Shown in pieces: positions 52,505-60,613 of a stretch of 64,000 bases of DNA; within the stretch, counting starts at the first letter, position 1, and every line of letters starts with the position of its first letter. The DNA is taken from contig CAXXVO010000002.1 of the NCBI GenBank assembly GCA_963422645.2, forward strand, positions 96,001 through 160,000. Reading direction: 5' to 3'. The position numbers were made by a program, and so were the translations under genes. The stretch is from Alphaproteobacteria bacterium. Lineage in GTDB: Bacteria > Pseudomonadota > Alphaproteobacteria > UBA828. Below the pieces are notes generated by a model that saw only the letters and a program-made list of their open reading frames with translations, had not been told where the DNA came from and made no database searches.

Positions 52505-53968
52505 ATGGTTTCACGAGTCATTCCGGTCGATCCCTTCGATCTTGTGGTCTTCGGCGGCACTGGCGATCTGGCGCGGCGCAAGCTGCTGCCCGCGCTCTAT
52601 CGCCGCATGCTCGCAGGCCAGGTGTTGCAGGGTTCGAGGGTGATCGCCGTCGGCCGAAGAGCGCTCGACGCCGACGGCTACCGCCGCATGGCCGAGGCGG
52701 CGCTCAAGGAGCATGCGGGTCCCGGCGCACTCGATCCCGATCGGGCGGCGACCTTCCTCGACATGCTCGACTACGCGCGCGTCGATGCGGAGGGCGAGGG
52801 GGGCTGGGCCTCGCTCTCCGACAAGCTCGAAGGCTCGGAGCGCATGCGGGTTTTCTACCTCTCGGTGGTGCCGCAACTCTTTGGCCCAATCAGTGAACGG
52901 GTGGCGCGGAGTGGCTGCCGCACGCCCGACACGCGGCTGGTCGTCGAGAAGCCGCTCGGCCGCGATCTCCAGAGCGCGCAGACGCTGAACCGCCGGCTTG
53001 CGACGCTCTTCGACGAGCGCCAGATCTACCGGATCGACCACTATCTCGGGAAGGAGACGGTGCAGAACCTGATGGCGCTGCGCTTCGCCAATGCGCTCTT
53101 CGAGCCGATCTGGAACGCGCGCCATGTCGACCACGTGCAGATCACCGTCGCCGAGCGGGTCGGCGTCGGCGGCCGGGGCGCCTATTACGACCGGAACGGT
53201 GCGCTTCGGGACATGATGCAGAACCATCTTCTGCAACTTCTCTGCCTGACCGCCATGGAGCCGCCGGCGCATTTCGATCCGGACGCGGTGCGCGACGAGA
53301 AGCTCAAGGTGCTACGCAGCCTGAAGCCGCTGGAGGGGCTCGGCGACGTCGTGCGCGGCCAGTACCTCGGCGCGGGCGGCGAGGCGGGCTACCTGGAGGA
53401 TTCGGAGAACCCCGGATCGCGCACCGAGAGCTTCGTCGCGGTCAAGGCGGAGGTCGCCAACTGGCGCTGGAACGGGGCGCCCTTCTATCTGCGCACCGGA
53501 AAGCGGCTGCGGGCGCGAATGTCGGAGATCGCCGTCGTCTTCAAGGACGCGCCGCATTCGATCTTCTCCGAAAGCGCGGGCAACACGCGTCCCAACGTAT
53601 TGGCGATCCGCCTGCAGCCCGACGAGGGGATAAAGCTGAGGCTGACGATCAAGGAGCCGGGCCCCGGCGGCATGCGGCTCTGCGAGGCGCCGCTCGACAT
53701 GACCTTTGCCGAGACCCTGGGCGCCGAGGGGCTGCGCATGCCGGACGCCTACGAGCGGCTGGTGATGGACGTGATCCGCGGCGACCAGACGCTCTTCATG
53801 CGGGGCGACGAGGTCGAGGCGGCCTGGCGCTGGATCGATCCGATCATCGCTGCGGCGGAGAGCGCGCCCCAAGGGCCCCAACCCTATGACAGCTATTCGT
53901 CGGGACCCGAAGATGCGCTGATGCTGATGCATCGGGACGGGCGGCGCTGGCGCTCGCTCGCGGCGTGA
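52505..53968 (+). CDS. zwf: Glucose-6-phosphate 1-dehydrogenase
   Basis: FGGTGDLARRKL, EKPLG, YRIDHYLGKETVQN, QNHLLQ, RTGKR. Confidence 0.97.
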   Translation: MVSRVIPVDPFDLVVFGGTGDLARRKLLPALYRRMLAGQVLQGSRVIAVGRRALDADGYRRMAEAALKEHAGPGALDPDRAATFLDMLDYARVDAEGEGGWASLSDKLEGSERMRVFYLSVVPQLFGPISERVARSGCRTPDTRLVVEKPLGRDLQSAQTLNRRLATLFDERQIYRIDHYLGKETVQNLMALRFANALFEPIWNARHVDHVQITVAERVGVGGRGAYYDRNGALRDMMQNHLLQLLCLTAMEPPAHFDPDAVRDEKLKVLRSLKPLEGLGDVVRGQYLGAGGEAGYLEDSENPGSRTESFVAVKAEVANWRWNGAPFYLRTGKRLRARMSEIAVVFKDAPHSIFSESAGNTRPNVLAIRLQPDEGIKLRLTIKEPGPGGMRLCEAPLDMTFAETLGAEGLRMPDAYERLVMDVIRGDQTLFMRGDEVEAAWRWIDPIIAAAESAPQGPQPYDSYSSGPEDALMLMHRDGRRWRSLAA

Positions 53969-54618
53969 CGCGAATCGTCGAGGCCGAGGACCGGGGCGCG
54001 CTGGCCCGGCTTCTGGCCGGCGAGGTCGCGGCGGTGCTGGAGGGGGCGATTCGAGACACCGGCCGCGCCGCGCTGGCGGTGCCGGGCGGCACCACCCCCG
54101 CCGCGTTCCTCTCCGCGCTCGGCGGCCAAGCGCTCGACTGGGGGGCCGTCGCGGTGACTCTCACCGACGAGCGCTGTGTCCCCGCTGATCATCCGCGCTC
54201 CAACAGGCGTCTGCTCGACGAGACGCTGTTTGCCGGACCGGCCAACGCGGCGCGGTTCGTGGCGCTCGACGATGCGCAGGCGCTGTCCACGCTCCTGCCC
54301 CTCGATGCCTGCGTGCTGGGGATGGGGGAGGATCTGCACATCGCCTCGCTCTTCCCCGGTGCCGAGCGCCTGGACGAGGCGCTTTCGGCGGAATGCGGCA
54401 CGCCGGCGCTCAGGTTGCGTGCCCCCGGTGCGCCGGAAGAGCGCATCACGCTCACCGCGCCGGTGCTGACCGGGGCGGGCCGGTGCTTCGTGCTAATCCA
54501 TGGCGCGGAGAAGCGCGAGGCACTCGATCGGGCAGGGGCTGCGGCCGGCCTGGCGCACGCCCCGGTCCGGCTGGTGCTCGACGGGCCGAACCCCGCCACC
54601 CTCTACTGGGCGCCCTAA
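53965..54618 (+). CDS. pgl: 6-phosphogluconolactonase
   Basis: VPGGTTP, TDERCV, LGMGED.HIASLFP, RITLT. Confidence 0.93.
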   Translation: MTRIVEAEDRGALARLLAGEVAAVLEGAIRDTGRAALAVPGGTTPAAFLSALGGQALDWGAVAVTLTDERCVPADHPRSNRRLLDETLFAGPANAARFVALDDAQALSTLLPLDACVLGMGEDLHIASLFPGAERLDEALSAECGTPALRLRAPGAPEERITLTAPVLTGAGRCFVLIHGAEKREALDRAGAAAGLAHAPVRLVLDGPNPATLYWAP

Positions 54619-54639
54619 GGCAACGATCGGGAGAGCCCG

Positions 54640-56454
54640 ATGCCACTGAACGATACCGTGCACCAGGTGACCGAGCGGATCCGCGCGCGGAGCCGGAGCG
54701 TGCGCACCGCCTATCTTGAGCGCATGGCCCGGGCCGCCGACGCAGGGCCCGCGCGCGCGCATCTCTCCTGCGGCAACCTCGCGCACGCCTTCGCCGCCAG
54801 CCCGGGGGCCGACAAGACGCGCCAGGCCGAGGGCGCCGCCGGCAACATCGGCATCGTCACCGCCTATAACGACATGCTCTCGGCCCACCAGCCCTTCGAG
54901 GGTTTCCCCGCGCTGATCCGAGAGGAAGCACGGCAGGCGGGCGGCACTGCCCAGGTCGCCGGCGGCGTGCCGGCGATGTGCGACGGCGTCACCCAGGGGC
55001 AGCCGGGCATGGAGCTCTCGCTCTTCAGCCGCGATGTGATCGCGCTCGCGGCGGGCGTGGCGCTCTCGCACAACTGCTTCGACGCCGCGATCTTCCTCGG
55101 CGTCTGCGACAAGATCGTCCCCGGGCTCGTGATCGCGGCGGCGACCTTCGGCCATGTCCCGGCCATCTTCGCGCCGGCGGGGCCGATGACCTCGGGCCTG
55201 CCGAACGACGAGAAGGCCGCCGTGCGCCAGCGCTTCGCCCGCGGCGAGATCGGCCGGGACGAGCTGATGGCCGCCGAAATGGCCTCCTATCACGGCCCCG
55301 GCACCTGCACCTTCTACGGTACGGCGAACTCGAACCAGATGCTGATGGAGTTCATGGGCCTGCACCTGCCCGGCGCGAGCTTCGTCAATCCCGGCACGCC
55401 GCTCCGCGAGGCGCTGACCCGAGCGGCGGCGCGGCGGGCGCTGGAGATCACCGCCAAGGGCAACTCCTACACGCCCGCGAGCGCGGTGCTCGACGAGCGC
55501 GCCTTCGTCAACGGCATGGTCGGCCTGCACGCCACGGGCGGCTCGACCAACCTGACCCTGCACCTCGTTGCGATGGCCCGTGCCGCGGGCGTGCTGATCG
55601 ACTGGGGAGACATGGCGCAGCTTTCCGCCGTCACGCCGCTGATGGCGCGGGTCTATCCCAACGGGTTGGCCGACGTGAACCACTTCCACGCCGCCGGCGG
55701 GCTCGGCTTCATGATCGGCGAGCTGTTGGACGCCGGGCTGCTGCACGGCGACGTCCGCACCGTCGCCGGCGACGGACTGGCCCGCTACACCGAGGAGCCG
55801 GTGCTGGGCGACGATGGGCTGGTCTGGCGCGAGGGCACGCGCGCGAGCCTGAACCAGAGGATCCTGCGCCCCGCGGCCGATCCTTTCCAGCGCACCGGCG
55901 GGCTCGCCATGCTGACCGGCAATCTCGGCCAGGCGGTGATCAAGACCTCGGCGGTTAGACCTGAGCACCATGTCGTCGAGGCGCCGGCCCGCGTGTTCCA
56001 GGATCAGGAGGAGATCAAGGCCGCGTTCCGCGCTGGCGCGCTGGCGCAGGATTTCATCTGCGTGCTGCGCTTCCAGGGCCCCCAGGCCAACGGCATGCCC
56101 GAGCTGCACGCGCTGACGCCGGTTCTCGGCAGCCTGCAGGACCAGGGCTTCCGCGTGGCGCTGGTCACCGACGGGCGCATGTCCGGCGCGTCGGGCAAGG
56201 TGCCGGCGGCCATCCATGTTACGCCCGAGGCCGCGGCGGGCGGGGCGATCGCGCGGGTGCGCGACGGCGACATGCTCCGGCTCGACGCCGCGGCGGGCCG
56301 GCTCGACGTGCTTGTCGATCCGGCAGAGTTCGCCGCGCGCACGCCGGCTCAGGTCGATCTCTCCGCCAATGCCAGCGGCATCGGGCGCGAGCTCTTCACC
56401 GCCTTCCGCAGCAATGTGGGTCCCGCGGAAGCCGGCGCCGCGGTCGTGGTCTAG
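54640..56454 (+). CDS. edd: Phosphogluconate dehydratase
   Basis: [43 protein letters not shown]. Confidence 0.97.
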   Translation: MPLNDTVHQVTERIRARSRSVRTAYLERMARAADAGPARAHLSCGNLAHAFAASPGADKTRQAEGAAGNIGIVTAYNDMLSAHQPFEGFPALIREEARQAGGTAQVAGGVPAMCDGVTQGQPGMELSLFSRDVIALAAGVALSHNCFDAAIFLGVCDKIVPGLVIAAATFGHVPAIFAPAGPMTSGLPNDEKAAVRQRFARGEIGRDELMAAEMASYHGPGTCTFYGTANSNQMLMEFMGLHLPGASFVNPGTPLREALTRAAARRALEITAKGNSYTPASAVLDERAFVNGMVGLHATGGSTNLTLHLVAMARAAGVLIDWGDMAQLSAVTPLMARVYPNGLADVNHFHAAGGLGFMIGELLDAGLLHGDVRTVAGDGLARYTEEPVLGDDGLVWREGTRASLNQRILRPAADPFQRTGGLAMLTGNLGQAVIKTSAVRPEHHVVEAPARVFQDQEEIKAAFRAGALAQDFICVLRFQGPQANGMPELHALTPVLGSLQDQGFRVALVTDGRMSGASGKVPAAIHVTPEAAAGGAIARVRDGDMLRLDAAAGRLDVLVDPAEFAARTPAQVDLSANASGIGRELFTAFRSNVGPAEAGAAVVV

Positions 56455-56664
56455 AGCATATCCGTTTTAAACGGAACCATATCCGACGTTTCGGATGTAG
56501 TTTTGGCATTCTGCGGGCTCGATGGTGGCGATGAGGTGCCCGAGGTGGCGCCAAGTGTCCTCGAAGTCGCGCCTCTGCGCGTTGCGCATCCAGTGCTTGA
56601 TCTTGGCGAAGGCCTGCTCGATGGGGTTGAGGTCGGGTGAGTAGGGTGGCAGGAACCAGAGGCA
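56454..56664 (-). pseudogene. 3' fragment and end of a second type of IS630-family element
   Basis: [31 protein letters not shown]; its end abuts the CTAG formed by the edd stop. Confidence 0.85.
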
Positions 56665-56811
56665 GTCTCCGGTGCTGCGGATCGCCACCTTGGCGCTGCG
56701 CCCTTCGGCGAGGTGCCGGTCGATGAAGGGCACTGCGACGTTGAAGACGTTGGCGAAGGTCAGCGCGGTCGGCGTCTGTGCGGCATCAACCGCGACGGTG
56801 TGATCGTCCAT
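56665..56811 (-). pseudogene. 5' fragment of a benzoate-CoA ligase-like gene
   Basis: FNVAVPFIDRHLAEGR..KVAI, fused in frame to the IS630 fragment. Confidence 0.65.
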
Positions 56812-56988
56812 ACCGGTTCCCTGCCATCCCGATGTCCTTGTCTGCCCCCGCCGGACACGATCGCCGGATTCGCCTGCGTGGAGCGGCGCAATCGGAGTAC
56901 CCTATGCCCAAACGCGGGGGCCCAGCAGTCTCCAATTTCAGGGAGGTGTGCGCGCAAATCCGGCGCAGGTCGGGATCGTGAGGAGGCG

Positions 56989-57026
56989 ATGGTGACGTGG
57001 GATTACATCGTCGTGGGCGCGGGGAC
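56989..57026 (+). pseudogene. 5' stub of a GMC/FAD oxidoreductase
   Basis: GAGGAGG RBS plus MVTWDYIVVGAG, cut by the miniature element. Confidence 0.6.
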
Positions 57027-57126
57027 TGTTGATCGGCGCACGGGTTCGGTGCCGATCGGCGCGGTAACCCATTGATCTGGCTGGATTACGGGGGGTCAAC
57101 AAAGCGTGCTCTTGAGTAACAGATGC

Positions 57127-58545
57127 CTAAGCGATTGACGGCATTGGGTTCTGTTTTTCCTCTCCTTGCGTTTTCGGGATGAGTTGGAACCCGAGCTTTT
57201 GGGCTTGGCGGTCGAGATGAGCGAACTTTCTGTTGAGGCGCCGCTTCTCGTAGGCGCCGATGCCCTGCTCGACGTATTCCTGGCCCTCGGTCACCATGAG
57301 GTAGATCAGACAGGCGAGTTCGCGGGCGGTCGCCTTGATCGCGACGGGGGTGTCCATTCGGGCGAGCCTTGCGCGGTGCTTGGCGCCGATGAAGGTCTGG
57401 CTGCGGCGCGCGGCCATGGCCGCCAAGCGCAGGGCCTGTCCGACGGGGTTGACCGCCTTCGGCGACTTGCCGGGGAGATTCTTGCCGCCGCTGATCCTGG
57501 TTCCCGGCGCGAGCGCAAGCCAGGAGCAGAAGTGCTGAGCGGAGGGGAAGGCGGAGAAGTCCGGGCCGATCTCCGAGGCGATCACCAGTGCGGTACCGGG
57601 ACCGACGGTGGGGATCGCGGTGAGGTCGACGCCCATCATCTTGCGCAACGCCAGGGGCTGGATGCCCTCCTTGCCGGTGTCGTTGGTTGCGGCGTTCGCG
57701 GAGCGGCCCGACGCGGTGTCCGAGGTCGTGCCGGGGGCAGGGTCCGGTGCACCGCCCTCCGGGGGATCGTCCGGCGGTGTCAGGCGCTCGACCTCGGCCA
57801 TCACCCGGGCCTCGCAGTCGTCGATCTGCCGGGTCAGGAAGTCGTAGCGCTGCATGGCCTGTTCGAGGGCGAAGAGATGCTCCTCGCGCCACGTCCCCTG
57901 AAGGCTCGCGGCGATCGTATCGGCGTCGGCCTTGATGCCCCGGTGGCGGAGCGTCGCCAGGCGCTCCGGGTCACGCTCGCCGTCGACGATCGCGCGCAGG
58001 ATGCGCTGGCCGGTCAGTCCCGTGATGTTGGCGATCACCGAGTCGAGCCTGACGTTCATCTCGGTCAGCGCCTTTTGCATGTGCAGGACGCAGCGGGAGC
58101 GGTCCTCGGTCAGCCGCCTCATCTGGCGGGCGTAGGAGCGCAGCGGGCAAACCTCGTCGCCCGGACGGAACGCTCCCCGCAGCAGACCGTAGGACATCAG
58201 CTGCCAGATCCACTGGCAGTCCAGCACGTCGCTCTTGCGCCCGCCGATCTGCTTCGTCATGCGCGGCGGCACCAGCATCACCTCGAAGCCCGCGCGCTCC
58301 AGCGTCTCGTAGACCGGGATCCAGTAGACCGAGGTCGACTCCATTGCGACCTTCGTCACCCCGCACGACGCCAGCCACGCCGCCATCGCCGCCAGATCGC
58401 GGGTAAAGGAGCCGAACGAACGCACCGGCTCATCGCTGCGTTCCGCCTCGACCGCCACGAAGTGCCGGTCCTTGCCGATGTCGATCCCTGCGCAGTCAGG
58501 GTTCACCACCCTGAGGCGACGGGTTCTTCGAGACTTGCGCGCCAT
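57127..58545 (-). CDS. IS110-family DEDD recombinase/transposase
   Basis: GIDIGK, MESTSVYW, KSDVLDC (DEDD), C-terminal IASEIG..F.S..F.SW..L.P....SGGK with the conserved Ser. Confidence 0.93.
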   Translation of the reverse strand: MARKSRRTRRLRVVNPDCAGIDIGKDRHFVAVEAERSDEPVRSFGSFTRDLAAMAAWLASCGVTKVAMESTSVYWIPVYETLERAGFEVMLVPPRMTKQIGGRKSDVLDCQWIWQLMSYGLLRGAFRPGDEVCPLRSYARQMRRLTEDRSRCVLHMQKALTEMNVRLDSVIANITGLTGQRILRAIVDGERDPERLATLRHRGIKADADTIAASLQGTWREEHLFALEQAMQRYDFLTRQIDDCEARVMAEVERLTPPDDPPEGGAPDPAPGTTSDTASGRSANAATNDTGKEGIQPLALRKMMGVDLTAIPTVGPGTALVIASEIGPDFSAFPSAQHFCSWLALAPGTRISGGKNLPGKSPKAVNPVGQALRLAAMAARRSQTFIGAKHRARLARMDTPVAIKATARELACLIYLMVTEGQEYVEQGIGAYEKRRLNRKFAHLDRQAQKLGFQLIPKTQGEEKQNPMPSIA

Positions 58546-58559
58546 GGAACATCCTCCCG

Positions 58560-58816
58560 CCTTTCATCTCCGTCGCGAGCGGGGAGGAACCATGGTCGAA
58601 GTCCCATTCTCTTGAACGAGGTCGCGGGAAACCCGCGCCATCAGTGACCGGAGCCGACAAAATGGTTCGGGCCAAGCTTAACAGCGGGTGCCGCTACAGC
58701 ACGCCAGTGCACGAACGGCCTCTTCACCCCACCCGCCGCCAGTTCACGACCGAGGCGTCGCAGACACAAGCCCCCGTTACTCCCGCGACCGAGCCGGAGC
58801 GCCGCGCCGGTGGAAG
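58560..58816 (-). ncRNA. Candidate IS110 bridge RNA (boundaries approximate)
   Basis: About 270-nt non-coding left end with hairpins AGCGG-CAC-CCGCU and CGCGGG-UUU-CCCGCG, flanked by segments matching the target flanks and the element right end. Confidence 0.7.
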
Positions 58817-58826
58817 CTTAACAACA

Positions 58827-59221
58827 AGCGGGCGCAGCCAGCGCTTGGACTCCACCACGGCAAGGCCGAGCTCGTAGCGCCGCCATTCCTCGGCGAAGCC
58901 GTTGGCCTGGCCCTTCGCCGCTTCGTCCGCAAACAGCAAGCCGTCCGGCACGTCCACCCGGCCGTATGCGCTCAGGTTCTGCTGCCGCAGGCTCGCCGTC
59001 CACCCAAGCCGTGCGAGGACGGGCCAGATCAGATCATCCTCGGTCTGGCTTTCGTTGGGCGATGCGGCGACCGGGAGGCGGTCGCAGATCGCGCGCAGCG
59101 CGGCCTCGAGGTCTTCAAGCGACGCGTCGTCCAGTTCCTGCCAGTCGGGCAATCCGGTGATGGCGTCGCACAGGAAATCGCTGGCGAAGAGGCTCCCCTG
59201 AAATGCAGTGTCGAGGCTCAT
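58827..59221 (-). pseudogene. N-terminal fragment of a type IIG-like restriction-modification enzyme
   Basis: PNESQTEDDLIWPVL..LGW, PDGLLF and VVESKRW (PD-ExK nuclease motif); cut by the miniature element. Confidence 0.65.
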
Positions 59222-59552
59222 ACGCCTATGATCCACGATCCAGTTCGATATTTCAGCATCACGCCATAGGCGCGCGCCATCACGACCGCAGGCGGCGCAC
59301 TATGGCGAAACCTCATCGGCGACCCATCCCAGTCGAAGGGAGACTCCTTCGACCTCGACCTCCGCGGAAAGCTCATTCGTGCCGGAGACAGATGTGCCGA
59401 TGGCGTCGGCGAACGCCCGAAAATCGTCGAACCAGCTATGATTTTCGGAGAACGAGTGCACGAGCATCACCGCCCGACGGACCTTGTAGCGCTGCGCTTC
59501 GTATATCGCCGCTGCCGTGCGGTGTAGAAGCTGGTATCGCAGTTTCGAGATA

Positions 59553-60603
59553 ACCGCTTATGCACATGGCTCCGGTCGCGAGAGTTTGCCACCAGATGTT
59601 GAGGTTGAGGTTAGGGCGGGAGAACGGGTAGAATGTTGCCTATACGTTCCTGCCGACGGAGCCACCACATGAAACAGGTCGCCGACAGCCTCCTCGCCTT
59701 CCAGCACATGTTCCCGGACGATGACGCCTGCGCCGCCTGGCTGATCGAAATGCGCTGGCCGGACGGCTTCGTCTGTCCCGCGTGCGGCCATGAAAAGGGA
59801 TGGGCGCTGCGCAGAAAAGCACACACCTTCGAGTGCGCCGGCTGCCGCCGGCAGACCTCGGTGACGGCCGGGACGATCCTGCACGCCAGCAAGCTGCCGC
59901 TCACCGTCTGGTTCTGGGCCGCCTACCTGATGGCGACCCACTCCAACGGCATCTCTGCCCTGCAGCTCCAGAAACAGCTCGGTATCGGCTCTTACCGCAG
60001 CGCTTGGCTGCTCGCCCACAAGCTGCGCGCCAGCATGGTCGACCCCGAGCGCAACCCGTTGTCGGGCCTGGTGGAAATCGACGAGGCCAGCCTTCCATTC
60101 CGGACCAAAGACGATCCTCCCACCGGAGGGCAAGGACGCAGCCACGACGGCAAGATGCTCATCGTCGGCGCCATCGAACTGGGGGATGGAACCATCCCGG
60201 GCCGCCTGCGGCTGGCCGAAATCTCCTCCTACGGCGCCGCCGACCTCGGACACTTCGTCGAAACCGCCGCCGATCCCGACGCCATCGCGAAAACCGACGG
60301 CTGGTCCGGCTACGCTGCGGTCCCCGCCGATCGCCACAATGTCCATGTCGTCGGGAAGACCGCCGCTCACCTCGTCCTGCCGTGGATCCACCAAGTCTTC
60401 TCCAACCTCAAAGGATGGGCGCGAGGCGTCTACCACGGGCTGCGCCGCAAGCATCTGCAGGCCTATCTCGATGAGTTCGCCTTTCGCTTCAACCGCCGCA
60501 AAACCCGCCACGCTGCTTTCCGCTCGCTCTTCCGCATCGCCACCAATGCAAAACCCCTTACCTACAGCATGTTGATCGAACCGGAGCCATGTGCATAAGC
60601 GGT
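59553..60603 (+). mobile_element. IS1595-family element, copy 2 (transposase 59669-60598)
   Basis: Same length, IRs and protein as 30412-31462; 8-bp TSD TCGAGATA at 59545-59552 and 60604-60611. Confidence 0.95.
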
Positions 60604-60613
60604 TCGAGATATT

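Larger units (their letters stand above)
57111..58818 (-). mobile_element. IS110-family element, 1708 bp, (G)CT core repeated at both junctions
   Basis: Junctions GCGTGCT|CTTGAG and GGAAGCT|TAACAAC; no terminal IRs; boundaries supported by restoration of the 92-bp element. Confidence 0.85.
57027..58826 (-). mobile_element. 92-bp miniature element copy B (57027-57110 plus 58819-58826), interrupted by IS110
   Basis: Removing 57111-58818 yields exactly 92 bp that are collinear with copy A on the opposite strand. Confidence 0.7.
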
